DNA from: Octopus sinensis
Taxonomy: Eukaryota
DNA: 64,000 nt
Reading direction: 5' to 3'
Assembly (NCBI RefSeq): GCF_006345805.1
Contig: NW_021833272.1
Location: 1-64,000, forward strand
Shown here: one piece after another, positions 26,270 to 40,340 of the stretch
Layout of the letters: every line of letters begins with the position of its first letter
Position numbering within the stretch: the stretch's first letter is position 1
Program-made: the position numbers and the translations under genes
Notes under the pieces: generated by a model
What the model saw: the letters and a program-made list of their open reading frames with translations, nothing else
The model's database searches: none
What the model was told of the DNA's origin: nothing

Positions 26270-26480
26270 TTTCTTCTCTTACAGTCATTTGATTGGAGCC
26301 ATGCCGGGTGAAATTACCTTCATGAATATTAGTCGAATGAATCAGTTTCGTGTTTTTTTTTTACTTTTTTAAAGACTGGTACTTATTCTATCGGTAAGGT
26401 TTTTGCCGAACTGCTAGCTTACAGGGCTGTAAACTGTAAACATACCAACACCGGTTAGCAAGTGGTACTGGCGAAACAAA
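26270..26480 (-). mobile_element. SINE family A 3' half, degenerate
   Basis: cagtcatttgattggagccatgcc...gtacttattctatcggt...gccgaactgctag. Confidence 0.6.
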
Positions 26481-26540
26481 GAGACGTATACACACAGACA
26501 CACACATACACAGGTCCAGATATTGGATGAATAGAGTAGG

Positions 26541-26706
26541 TATAGGCGCCAAAGTGGCTGTGTGCTAAGTAGCTTGCTTACCAGCCTCATGGTTCCATGT
26601 TCAGTCCCACTGAGTGGCACTTTGGGCAATTGTCTTCTACTCTGGCCTCGGGCTGACCAAAGCCTTGTGAGAAGATTTGGTAGAGAACCCCGTCGTATAT
26701 ATATAC

Positions 26707-26741
<35 letters not shown>

Positions 26742-26950
26742 TGTGTGTGTGTATGTCTGTGTCTGTCCCCCTACCATCGCTTGACAACCGATGTTGATGT
26801 GTTTACGTCCACTTAACTTAGCGGTTCGGTAAAAGAGGCCGATAGAATACGCTTACTAAAATAAGTCCTGGGGACGATTTCTTCGACTAAAGGCAGTGCT
26901 CCGGCATGGGCGCAGTCAAAATGACTGAAGCAAATAAAAGAGTAAAAGAA
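26541..26950 (+). mobile_element. SINE family A, full length
   Basis: Head, CORE-like block, internal (TG)n and tail are all present. Confidence 0.85.
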
Positions 26951-27021
26951 TATAGGTATGTGACAAGGATCGTATGTATATGTCTCTGTGTGTGTCTGTG
27001 TGTGTGTGTGTGTGTGTATGT

Positions 27022-27062
<41 letters not shown>

Positions 27063-27685
27063 TATGTGTACTGTTATATATGAGCACCAATATACAAATG
27101 CACCTACGGTCTAATCTATCTCATTTTATCGTGATCCCTATCGACCCCCGGAATTTCCTAAGACCTGTAGGGCAGGTCACATGACGTATAGATGACCGAG
27201 ATGGAAACATTTGCTCTAAATGGGGATCTCAGGCCATCGCAGGATTTCTGAGTTGCACATGAGAAACGTGATATGGAAGGTTTTGCGCTAGAACACAACG
27301 CACTACCCGTTCCGCGAATCGGAACCAAGAATTTTTGATCGTGAGGCAATAATCCAAAAGTAAAAAGCTACATCAATTATATATACATACACACACATAC
27401 GCACACACGCACACATATATATACATATATATGCGTGTATATAAATATATATGTAAATATATACATACACACACACACATATATACATATATATAAATCC
27501 ATTTATATATATACATTACATATATATATGTATATGTGTATATACATACTTATATATATTTATATATATACATACATATATATATATACATATATATGTA
27601 TACATATATATATTATATATTTATATATATATATATATATATATATGAGCACCAAATATATATATATATATATACATATATATAG

Positions 27686-27750
<65 letters not shown>

Positions 27751-28557
27751 CATACATATTCGTCGTTGGTAGTGACATCGGTGTGCTTATTTTGATAAGT
27801 AGTATATGAATGAATATACAGCAGCGAACAACAGACATTTATAGGAACTGATAGATAATCAGGGAAATCGGAAAACAGAGGAGCAGATGGAATTATCGAT
27901 TCGGTATCGTCGTCATCGTCATCGTCGTCGTCGCCGTCCTCCTCCACCTCCTCTTCCTTCTCCTCCTCATTATCCCTATTCACCATCATTGTAACAGCAA
28001 CATCCATCCATTCTCCAGCCCACCTGTCCACCCCCACCGCTATAGAAAACCTAACCTGACTGGCGAATATGTGTGAAACCAATAGCGTAGCTGTATGGGA
28101 AATAATCGTAGCGAAGATCAAACGTTACTGCTTTAATATATCGTTAAGTAAGTGCTATGTATTAGCCTTATTCTGCTCTAGCGTTACCATTAACGAGATT
28201 ACATATGTGTTCACTTGCGACTTCTTTCCTATCTCCTACTGCCATGATGATATAACTTACAGATGGCTGTTGCTTACACAGATTCGGCAAATATTAAAAG
28301 CGAAATAGCAATTTGTATACTTATTCATGTCTATACAATTGATGTGATGCACATCTAAGTGTGTCGCGTAAGTGTTTCGATATATTTACAATGTATCTAC
28401 CGGACTAACAATTTAATATTTTGAAACATGGCGGCTCTCTGCTATACGAACGATATTTACAAAATATATACGGTTGTGTATCATCCAGTCAACCTTTGCA
28501 CATTCCCTGTGCTTATCCAGCGAACATAGTGTTTCTATCTCTTTAATCAATAACTGT

Positions 28558-28930
28558 GGAGGCGCAATGGTCCAGTGATTAGAGCAGCGGACTCGCGGTC
28601 GTGGGATCGCGGTTTCGATTCCCAACCCGGACGTTGTGAGTGTTTATTAAGCGAAAACACCGAAAGCTTCACGAGGCTCCAGCAGGGGGTGGTGGCGAAT
28701 CCTGCTCTACTCTTTCACCACAACTTTCTCTCGCTCTTCTTCCTGTTTCTGTTGTACCTGTATTTCAAAGAGGCAGCCATGTCACACTTTGTGTCATGCT
28801 GAATCTCCCTGTGAACTAAGTTAATTGTACACGTGTCTGTGGAGTGCTCAACCACTTGCACGTTAATTTCACGAGCAGACTGTTCCGTCGATTGCATTAA
28901 CAGGAACCGCTGTCGTCTTAGACGAAGGAG
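28558..28930 (+). mobile_element. tRNA-derived SINE family C
   Basis: ggaggcgcaatggtccagtgattagagcagcggactc...ggtttcgattccc head; homologous heads on the minus strand at 31085-31263 and 36175-36353. Confidence 0.8.
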
Positions 28931-28977
28931 TGCCACGAATCTATAATTATACGTTTACACACACCCAAACACACGTA

Positions 28978-29008
<31 letters not shown>

Positions 29009-29087
29009 CTGTCTGTCTGTCTGTCTGTATGTATGTATATATGTATGTATATATGCAATCATATACGCAATTCAATTTCAAAATTTT

Positions 29088-29275
29088 AAGGCGGCGAGCT
29101 GGCAGAATCGTTAGCACACCGGGCGAAATGCGTAGCCGTATTTCGTCTGCCGTTACGTTGTGAGTTCAAATTCCGCCGAGGTCGACTTTGCCTTTCATCC
29201 TTTCGGGGTCGATTAAATAAGTACCAGTTACGCACTGGGGTCGATATAATCGACTTAATCCGTTTGTCTGTCCCA
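29088..29275 (+). mobile_element. SINE family B copy
   Basis: Near-identical to 23338-23520. Confidence 0.85.
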
Positions 29276-29289
29276 GCATAAAATATGAC

Positions 29290-29680
29290 CCTAGTATTTC
29301 ACAAACAACAGGACAATATTTGTGGATCAAAGTACCGTATTATCCTGCACATAGAAATAACAGTTACACAATTTTGTGGCTACCTTACTGTAGTCTGCTC
29401 TATAGGTGGAATGCTTGGTGCTTATAGCAAAGCGTTTACTAGCAAGCACAACATATCTGTTGGTGGTTGCTACATCATCATTACGAAGACGTATGCACAG
29501 GATATACTGCAAGCCTGCATACATCTTCAAGCACATGTATCATACACTCGTTGTTTACATAGTGAGAAACATGTTTCAAAGACAGCACTATTGGTGAGGA
29601 CTGGCAAATACCACTGTCTGAATTCATACAAAAGCATGACTTTGGTAAGCCTAGAAACATTCACTTAATCGCTAGACCTT
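29290..29680 (+). mobile_element. Possible RTE-type LINE 3' remnant
   Basis: Weak by-eye similarity only (VATLL*SA; HVS...KHVSKTAL then GE after a frameshift). Confidence 0.3.
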
Positions 29681-31084
29681 TACGTTTTACTAGGACGTGT
29701 GTCCTAGTAATTACAATTCATAGAATTGGTAATATTATTGTAATTCATTGTTTTTGATTTTATTCGCTTAGAGATCAGTTGGGCTTCTCCTGCTGATACG
29801 GTACTTCGGATTCTAGCTTAGATTTCAGCACCTCAAAAGTAATATCCATGTAATAGGCGACCCCATAGATTTGATCGTAAAAAATGGTCTAAAAAATTCG
29901 ATTTTTACACGAGTATATACGGTATAATACATAGAACTTATATTTATCCATGATGTCAGTATCTACATATTGCGTATATTTAGCAAGTGCAGTGCTTATC
30001 TGCAAGTCAATATATACGCATTGTATATAGCTAACACGTACGCTCTGGGTAATGCATGTACACTGAAAAACTGTACACTGTGTATATATGTAAGTCAGCA
30101 TACGTTTGCTCTGTATGAATATGTACAATGAAAACCTACATACTGTGTCTACAGGTAAATTAACACAAGCACACTGTTCATTTTGTCTCTTTCTTTTTCT
30201 CTGCACCTCTTTTGCCTCCCTCCCACTCTCTCTCTCTCTTTATCTCCCCAATACTTTACTTCTTTCTTCCTTCTGACTTTCTGTCTATCTCTCTTCCTTT
30301 GTGTTAACCGACTTGCGGCCGCATAGCATTTTTTGTTGTATATTCATGTTATTTTGTCCTGTTTGTTATGTTCGTTCGCTATTCCCAGTGACTTTTCGCC
30401 ACTGGTGCCACCAAAAATGAACAATATCAACGTTAAAGGCACGAAATTGTAAGGATTGTTTGGACGTGGACTGGTGAATTTCTACGAATTTTCTGTTTCT
30501 TATGTTTATGTAAAATTTTCTGTAAGCTGCGGTTTTTGTAAATTTTTGATATATATATATATGTGTGTTAATGTGTGTGTGTTTCTGTGTGTGGGCGTGT
30601 GTGTGTGTAGTGAGATCTAGATGTACACATATCACTCATATTCGCAGAACTGTTATACTTCTAGTAGTAGTAGTAGTAGTAGCAGCAACAGTGGTAGTAA
30701 TAGTTTTGCTGTTGTTGTTCTTGTTGTTGGTGGTGGTGTTAGTCCGACTGTGTGGCTAAAGAGTGGTGGTGATTTGTTCTGGGTATGAGATTGTTCTGGG
30801 TATGAGATTGTTCTGGGTCGTACAGCCATCGTTCAGGAGTTCCTGGTTCTTGTGTGGTATGGAACCACCTCTTAGCCGCCGTTGTTCTCCGGTCAATTCA
30901 GACTTGGAGCAGAAGCAGCTCTCCCAACTATGGGCTGATAATCATGTCTTTAAATTGGCTCCGGAAGAAGGCCACCAACAGACAACCCGCAACTAGCGCA
31001 GTGAAGATGATGCCCTTTAGCACTCAAGCTGCCAATCAAAGAGACCTATCGGTTCCCCACCAGGACGGGGCGCCTAGATGCAAA

Positions 31085-31263
31085 AGGAAAGAGTAAGAGA
31101 AAGTTGTGGCAAAAGAGTCAGCAGACGCTCTCCGTTACCTTCTGCCGGAGCCGCATGGAGCTGAGGTGTTTCGCTCATAAACACATCACCCGGTCTGAGA
31201 TTCGAATCCACGATCCTTCGACCGCGAGTCCGCTGCTCTAACCACTAAGCCATGTGCCTCCAC
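31085..31263 (-). mobile_element. SINE family C head, with a different downstream tail
   Basis: Reverse complement gtggaggcacatggcttagtggttagagcagcggactcgcggtcg. Confidence 0.8.
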
Positions 31264-31477
31264 TAGCTGTACCTTACTGAACCCTAATTTGTCTAAGAGA
31301 TAAAAGAGTCCCGCAACAATGGTTGTGATACTATATTAATGATAGTAATGTTATTTATAGTACAGGAGCAGTGCTAATAGTGGGCGTTTTCATCTGTAGA
31401 TAGATGCAGTTGCGGTGGTATTTGAGTTAATCATAGAGTGGTGACAGTTGTGAAGTTAGTAAAAGCGGTACTAGTGC

Positions 31478-31627
31478 CACTAGCGTAGCTAGTGGGGTGT
31501 AGCAGGGGCGGCACTTCTAAAGGTTCAAAGCTTTTGGAACTACTACAGGCAATATGTTTTTTGTGGAGTCCGGGGGCGGCAAACGAAATGGCCGCCCCGG
31601 GAGAAACACACTCTAGCAACACTAGTG
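31478..31627. mobile_element. hAT-type MITE, 150 bp
   Basis: Imperfect ~35-bp TIRs (cactagcgtagctagtggggtgt...ggggcggc versus gccgccccggg...acacactctagcaacactagtg). The flanking 8-mers actagtgc and gctagtgg match at 6 of 8 positions, consistent with an aged 8-bp TSD. Confidence 0.65.
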
Positions 31628-32627
31628 GCTAGTGGTAGTAATAATGTTAGTGGTTTGTAGGGGAAGCAGGGTGAGTGGTATGGAGGTTGGTGGAGGAAGA
31701 GTTGGGGGTTGGCGGATGTGGGGCTTATAATACCGAAAACCCCTCAAAGAATATATTTTGATCGAGTTCTTTTACAAACGCCACTAACAATCAAATACAT
31801 TGAAAAATGATAACGCTGACGATGTTGACATCTGTGATGATGAAGGATATGATGATGGTGATGATGATGACGCTGATGAGGAAGACGGCGAAGATGATGA
31901 GGATGGTGGTGAGGATATATGAGGATGATGATGGTGACGGTGGTGGTAGTGATGAAGATGAAGATGGTGATGAGGGTGATGTTGAAGGTGGTTGTGATGG
32001 TGATGATTGATGATGACGTCAGAGGTGTTGATGATTATGATGAGGAAGAGGAGAAGGTAGAAGCGGAAGAGGATAAAGAGGCTGGCAGTCATGGATATGA
32101 AGATGACGTTGTGGGCAATCACCACCACCACTACCACTACTATCATCATTGTCAGCACCAGCAGTGACAATTCTTCCCCACCACCACCACCATCACCATC
32201 ATCCCTCATTGTTGTTGTCGTCGTCATAGTTGTCAGCGCTATCATCGTCATCGCCCTTGTCATCACCAACATCATTATCATCATCATCATCACAATAACC
32301 AGCCATCACCATCATCACCACCATCGCCACTACAGCCACCATCCTCTTCCTCCCCCTCCTCCCCTTCATCATCATCATCATCATCACAATCAAAGCTTCC
32401 TTTCATGTAGGTTCTCACGACACCCAATTTCCTTATCTTTTTAAGTGTCCGAGAAAATTTTCCTCTGATTATGTAAAATTGCATCATCAATATAAACGCT
32501 CGCATTACACGCATGCCAATACCGAAGCCAACATCCCCCCCACACACTTCACACACACATACATCACACAAACACACACACACTGCCAGCGCATGCATGA
32601 TAGGACTGAATGACATGATTACTATTT

Positions 32628-32678
<51 letters not shown>

Positions 32679-33278
32679 ACGTATGTATGTGTGTGTGTGT
32701 GTGTGTGTATATGCACACAGTATAGGACAAGCATATATATATACAGTAAAGCATGCAACCATATATATGAGTGTGTGTGTGTATGTGTGTGCATGCGTGT
32801 GTATATGCATACATGCATGCATACATAGATATACATATATCTATATATGTATATGTATATACATATACATACCATGTATGTGTATGGTATATATATTAGT
32901 ATATATATATATATATATACATACGTATATATATGTATACGTACACACACACCAAACATATGTATATACATATGGTTATATATATAGTATATATATATAT
33001 AATATATTATATAATATATTATATATATATATTATGCATATATGTATAATTGTTATACGTATATACCTGTATATAAATATACTTATATATATAGTATATA
33101 CAGACACATATGCATATATATATATATAACTTAAATATATAACATAAATATATTATATATATATATTTATGTTATATATATATATATATGTGTGTATGCG
33201 TGTGTGTAAACACATATATGTGTGTGTAAACACATATAGAATATAAACGAAATTCTGTTATAAGAGTAAGATAGATAA

Positions 33279-33309
<31 letters not shown>

Positions 33310-33986
33310 GAATGAGAGAGAGAAAGAGTGAGAGATAGAGAGAGGGAGAGAGAGAGAGAAAGCTTCGCAAGAGATATACAAAAGCTATGATCAGAAAGCA
33401 CTTGACACTTTTAGTTGTTCCAGTCTTCCATACTTCCAATGGTGCGAATTATTAACCCAACCACGACCACCTCCTCCACATCCACCACCTCCACCACCAC
33501 CACTGCTTCTGTTTCCTTCTATTTACCCTTACTGACCATGCTCCATTATATTCCAACATGTAACTAACTACCCTATTGCCATCGAACAATTTTAGCTCGC
33601 CCCGCCGTCAACCGACCCATCGCTCAGCCCCTGCAGCAACACCATCAGTACTTTCACCATCACCGCTACCACTTATACTACGGCCTATACCACAGTCTGT
33701 CATTCGCCAATCAACCAGCACATTTACAAACAGCCAGCTTCTACGAGTCTCTAATCAACAGGCTCATCTCCACACATCGTTAAACTTCTGCTTTCATATT
33801 CTCCCAAGTAATTAAGAGCGGCGAACTCCCTTCGTTCTGAATGTACACTCAGTTTACGTGTGAGCGTGCGAGTGAGTGTGTATATATATGTACATATATG
33901 TATATTTATTTATTTATTTATATATATCTATGTATGTATGTATATGTATGTGTATGTATGTGTATATATAATATATATATATATAC

Positions 33987-34023
<37 letters not shown>

Positions 34024-34074
34024 GATAGATGCGTCTGTATGTATGCGTGCGTGTGTGTATGTATATATATATAT

Positions 34075-34121
<47 letters not shown>

Positions 34122-34200
34122 TGTGTATGTATGTGTGTATATAGGTGTGTGCCTATGTTTTTATGCATATCCATGTGTTATACTTCTGTATATATGTATG

Positions 34201-34248
<48 letters not shown>

Positions 34249-34258
34249 ATGGTGTGGT

Positions 34259-34289
<31 letters not shown>

Positions 34290-34577
34290 GTGAGGTGTAA
34301 TTTATTTATGTATTTATATGCATGTCTATTTTCATGAATATATATACGATATGACTGCGTATGACCGTGTACAATACGTGTGCATATGAACGTGTATCAA
34401 TAATCATATATCTATGAATGTATATAAGCCAATGTGTATATTTGTATATGTAAATGTTTGTGTATATATGCTTGTGAGCATATGTCTGCTTGTCCTTTAC
34501 ATACGCGTGTGTTTATGTATCTGCAAGCAATTATACGTCAATGAATATCTAAGCACGTGTGAGTCTTTCTGTGTGTG

Positions 34578-34657
<80 letters not shown>

Positions 34658-34680
34658 TATATATCCATATAAATATATGT

Positions 34681-34724
<44 letters not shown>

Positions 34725-35610
34725 ATAGGTTGTGTGTGTGGATGATTGTGGGTTTATTTATATGCGTGTATATATGTTTATGCATACATGTCAGTTTGTA
34801 TGTATGTATGTATATATATATTTATGTGCATCTGCGTATGTCAAGTATATGTCTAAGTTTATCTTAGTGTGAAATACACTTGTTAATGTGTATATGCGTG
34901 CGTGTCTACGTGTATTTCTACATGCCTACAAGTGCTTACATGTCTATGAATCAATGTGATCGTGTATGTGTGCGTTACGTGTGCGTGTATGTATATGTGT
35001 GCCTGTGTGGGTTTATGTGTATGTGCGTGTCTTCACTTCTAATGTCTTGTCTTGTAATTCGGCCAAAATTGGCAGCGATATTTCCTTTCATCCTGTAACA
35101 TATCACGCTGATTCTAAGTGTCTTCTGTAAGTAAAGGGGAGATCAGTTAGCGTGTTGGGTAAGAGTAGGGTAGAACGGCCAACACATGCTAAGATCCACC
35201 CACCAACCAACCCATACGCCGCGTTACGTCGCCCAATACCCATATCGCCACCAGCTCGCTGTCCAATATTATAGGACATTCGGTTAGTTCTAGGAAATAT
35301 ATTCTTACATAATATCAATTGCCACATAAATTCAATTCCTTTGATTAGCGGTGGGCGTACGAAATTGCTGCTGCTGCCGTTACCACTGTGACTACAACGC
35401 CTGCTGCTGCGTTAGCCCTTAGCGAGTAGAAATATGTTGAATGATATTCTAGTCATGACGATCATCGTCTGTTGGTTTTTTTTTTTCTGTCACGATGCCG
35501 AGGATTGTATTATCCAATGTATACGCTTTCAAATCCTTATGAATTGACTGACATCTAACAGTTATTTCTGGCAGGCAGAATGACCTCATTGAGACCCACC
35601 CATTGGGTTA

Positions 35611-35700
<90 letters not shown>

Positions 35701-36023
35701 ACTATCTGTCTGTCTGTCTGATTGTTTCTCTCTCTTACTCTCTCTGTATATATATATATATTGTGTGGGTATGTGGGTGTGTATATATAAATATATATAT
35801 CTGTGTGAATGTATATAATGCATATGTATATATGTACACACACACACACATATATTTTTTATATATATATAGTGATTTGGAAATTCCTTGATACAGTTAT
35901 ATCTGGAGAGAAGATTTTTCTCAAAGAGTTAAGTGTGAGAAAAGATCCTATTAAGAAAGTCGAAAGACACTAAATTTTGGGAAGAGATTGTGAAATCTTT
36001 CGACTTTCTAAAAAAGGTTCTCT

Positions 36024-36049
<26 letters not shown>

Positions 36050-36054
<5 letters not shown>

Positions 36055-36353
36055 ATCACGTGACCGACCAGGCCATCAGATGTTGCTACACACATCACTG
36101 GTCACAATGCGCTTCGCATTGTTTTAGCCTTCAAATGACACCACCCCGCTGGCTAAGCGAGCAGGCCAACAGAAGAAAGAGTGAGAGAAAGTTATGGTGA
36201 AAGAGTACAGCATGGATCACACCCCCCTGCCGGAGCATCGTGGAGCTTTAGGTGTTTTCGCTCAATAAACACTCACAACGCCCGGTCTGGGAATCGAGAC
36301 CACGATCCTATGACTGCGAGTGCGCTGCCTTAACCATTGGGCCATTGCACCTC
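36050..36353 (-). mobile_element. SINE family C with a third tail type
   Basis: Head as at 28558; tail ends ...ggtcggtcacgtgatcacgtga next to a TA run. Confidence 0.8.
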
Positions 36354-36372
36354 CACACACACACACACACAG

Positions 36373-36434
<62 letters not shown>

Positions 36435-36811
36435 TCCTCTATTTACATAATATCGTGGGCTCATTCATTCCTTTGTTGTCATATATACATATACATGATA
36501 TATATACACACAATATGAGATATGTACATATATGCACGAGTCTACTACCTAAAAACTAGAAGTAAAAAAATACTTCTGTACCACCGAATAGTCACAATAA
36601 TTACAGACATGACAGGAAAAAATATCAGTGAACAAAAATAATGTATTTTTTTACTTCTATTTCTTAGCGATATAGGTACTCATGTAGTACCCTTGTGTAT
36701 ATATGTACATATCTAACCTTTTATGTATATATTTTATTACTTTGCCTGTACGGTTGATAATTCGCTCACCACTCGTGATGGTACTTTAATAATATCATCC
36801 CTAAATTTATT

Positions 36812-36863
<52 letters not shown>

Positions 36864-36905
36864 CATATTCATACATATACATGTACATACAGTGTGTATA
36901 TGTGT

Positions 36906-36937
<32 letters not shown>

Positions 36938-37289
36938 CATTGCTTGTTTCGGTGTGGAATTGAAGAATTTTATATTAAACTGAAGAATTATTCAATATGT
37001 TTTCGTAGAGGGTGCTGAGCAGGTGGCAGGGATCTGCCAGCGATGCAGTGCACTGGTGACCCTAGTCGGCTCTACTCATGTTGATGTCCTTGGGACCACT
37101 ATCCTAGGATGGCACCAGCTCCGTCAAGCAAAGAATATGAAGCAAGGAAGGAAATCTTTATCATACGCTTACCAAAAATGTGGGTTACAATGACATCTTA
37201 TATCATTGTTAAGATGTCTGAGATGAAAAAGGATTTAGCTCTGATTTCGTTGATCGGCTGACAACACATGTCAGTGCGTTTATCTTTTC

Positions 37290-37509
37290 TCTTTTACCCG
37301 TTTCTGTCATTAGACTGCGGTCATACTGGGGCACCGCTTCAAAGAATTTTTAGTCGAATGGATCGACTTCAGACCTTATTTTCTTAAGTCTGGTGCTTAT
37401 GCTATCGGGCTCTTGAGCTGAACCACTACGTCATGAGGATCTGAACACAGCATCACCGGGTGACATGTGGTGGTAGACGGAAACTGAAAGAAGTCCGACG
37501 TTTATATAC

Positions 37510-37578
<69 letters not shown>

Positions 37579-37745
37579 TGTCTTCATCGTTTGACAACCG
37601 GTTTGGGTGTGTTACCGTACCTGCAACCTAGCGGTTCGGCAAAAGAGGCCTATAGAATAAGTACTAGTCTTAAAACCAAGTACTGGAGTCGATTAATTCT
37701 GCTAAAATTTCAAAGCACTACCCCAGCATGGCCATAGTCTTATAG
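37290..37745. mobile_element. Two partial SINE family A copies in opposite orientation
   Basis: A minus-strand 3' half at about 37290-37460 and a plus-strand ggtagacggaaactgaaagaag...(TG)n...ccagcatggcc at about 37470-37740. Confidence 0.65.
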
Positions 37746-38222
37746 TGTTTTAATGCAATTTCTAATAACATTACATTTAGGTATTTAATAGGATGTTTTA
37801 AAACATCGAAAGCAAAATAAAAATCAAAAGGTTTCCATAGGTCCAAAATGGACGAGAACCATTGCTCTATAGTGAATATTTTACTATTAGGGAGTTGAAG
37901 TATTTTGCAGATCCCTTGTTTTTGTTCAGAATTTTAGGGTGGGTTGTACCATTTAACATTTCTTTTCGTAGCATATTTACGTGAGTTATTTGATCGTGTT
38001 AATGAGTGTAATACTTTCTGTTGATATCATTTAGGTCAGTGCTACTCAAACTGGTTGTCCGCTGACCTGTGCCGGACGGCCAATCATCAGCTGCCAGTAC
38101 GCGGCGGGTTTCCAGAAAAGAAAGAAACATTATAAAATGCTAATAAAATGCTTATGTAATATTGTATTATTTGTTTACAAAATAAATATACGACAAAAAA
38201 CTCAACTTTTATTATATTCATT

Positions 38223-38640
38223 AGGAGTGGGTGTGTGGTAAGTAGCTTGCTAACGAACCACATGGTTCCGGGTTCAGTCCGATTGCGTAGCACCTTGGGC
38301 AAGTGTCTTCTACTACAGCCTCGGGCCGACCAAAGCCTTGTGAGTGGATTTGGTAGACGGAAACTGAAAGAAGCTCGTCGTATGTATGTATATGTGTGTG
38401 TGTGTGTATATGTGTTTGTGTGTATATGTTTGTGTGTCTGTGTTTGTCTCCCCAACATCACTTCACAACTGATGCTGGTGTGTTTACGTTCCCGTAACTT
38501 AGCAGTTCGGCTAAAGAGAACGATAGAATAAGTACTGGGCTTACAAAGTCCTGGGTTCGATTTGTTCGACTAAAGGAGGTGCTCCAGCATGGCCACAGTC
38601 AAATGACTGAAACATGTAAAAAGAGTAAAAAGAAAAAGAG
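38223..38640 (+). mobile_element. SINE family A, full length
   Basis: Head, CORE-like block, internal TG/TA run and tail are all present. Confidence 0.85.
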
Positions 38641-38804
38641 TATATTGTTTCCGGTATAAATTAATATTACAAAGAAATATTACCGGTCCCTGGCACATTG
38701 GCAAAAAAACCCCAAAAAAAACTACGAGTATGCCACATCAGATACTTTGAGAAGCACTGGTGTCGCTGATATCCCATCACTGTTATGATATGCAGCCCTT
38801 TTCA

Positions 38805-39594
38805 TGCTGGGCGAAATGCTTAGTGGTATTTTATCGGCCGTTACGTTCTGAGTTCAAATTCCGCCGAGGTCGACTTTGCATTTCATCCCTTCGGAGTTGA
38901 TTAAATAAGTACCAGTTACGCACTGCGTTCGATTTAATCGACGTAATCCCTTTGTTTGTCCTCGTGTGTCATCTTATGGGTAGTAAAGAAATAGGTATTT
39001 CGTCTGTCTTTACGTTCTGAGTTCAAATTCCGCTGAAGTCACCTTTGTCTTTCATCCTTTGGGAGTCGATAAATTAAGTAACAGTTGCGTAATGGGTTGG
39101 ATCTAATCCACTGACCCCCTCTCTAAAAATTTCAGTCCTTGTGCCTAGAGTAGAAAAGAATATTTATATTGAGAAAGGCGTCGAGCTGGCAGAAACGTTC
39201 GCACGCCGGGCTATATGCTTAGCGGTATTTCGTCTGTCTTTAAGCTCTGAGGTTAAATTCCGCCGAAGTCGCCTTTCTTTTTTTCCTTTCGGGGTCGATA
39301 AATTAAGTACCAGTTGCGTACTGGGGTCGATCTAATCGACTGGACCCCTCCTCCAAAATTTCAGGCCTTGTGCCTGCCTTCAACGTGGCGAGCTGCCAGA
39401 AACATTAGCACACCAGGCGAAATGCTTAGCGGTATTTCGTGTCTTTTCATTCTGAGTTCAAATTCCGTCGAGGTCGCCTTTGCATTTCATCCTTTCGGGG
39501 TCGATAAATTAAGTACCAGTTGCGTACTAGAGTCGATCTAACCGACTGGCCCTCTCCCCCAAAATTTCGGGTCTTGTGTCTAGAGTAGAAAATA
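38805..39594 (+). mobile_element. Tetramer of SINE family B units bounded by a 16-17 bp direct repeat
   Basis: Four occurrences of the central block (t/c)tt(t/c)atcc..ggg/gag..gat...aagta. The flanks are atatgcagcccttttca (38788-38804) and atatgcagccctttca (39595-39610). Confidence 0.8.
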
Positions 39595-40199
39595 ATATGC
39601 AGCCCTTTCAAAGTCTGCTTCATTAGACGATAATGCATCTATCCTTTCTGCTAATGATTATGACTGCAAGTCTTATGGTTCAGTCCAGAAGAAGATTAGA
39701 AGATTAATGGAGGACACGCACAAGCGCTGTGTCTATGTGTATGATATGTGTACCTCTGCGAGTAGGTATGTGTGTTACTGGTAATTAACTGTTGCATGAG
39801 GATAGAGAAGGTGTGTGTCCTTTCGTCAGGCGGGAGGAAATGAGTTTAAGGATTTCTCTGAAACAAGTTCATTGATTAGAATACTGAAGTAATGAATAAA
39901 TAATTAAGTAGCAGCAGCAGCAACAGCGACAGCAGTATTGGTAATAAAAGTCGGGTCAGTTATACATGTGATTGTTCATTGAGCCATTGGTGGCGGTGGT
40001 AGCGATGACGGCGGCGGCGGCGATGATGATGGTGGTGGTGGTGGTAATGATGATGGTTTTGGTGTTTGGTGGTGGTGGGGGTGTTGGTGGTGTTTGTTAA
40101 AGTCGGTGAAGATATTGTGTTGTAGTGACGAGATGTATATGTCGCTGTGGAGGTGCTGTTCTTGTTTAATCTTTGGTCGTACAAATATGGTAACGAGTA

Positions 40200-40308
40200 C
40201 TGGTGACGATGACGACGAAGGCGACGATGTCGACGATGATGTCGACGAAGGTGTTGATGATGATGGTGATGATGATTATGATGATGATGATGATGCTGAT
40301 GATGATGA

Positions 40309-40340
<32 letters not shown>

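Noticed and set aside
38020-38095. CTGATGA on the minus strand followed by a hairpin
   Set aside because: No GAAA at the base of the hairpin and no stem I.
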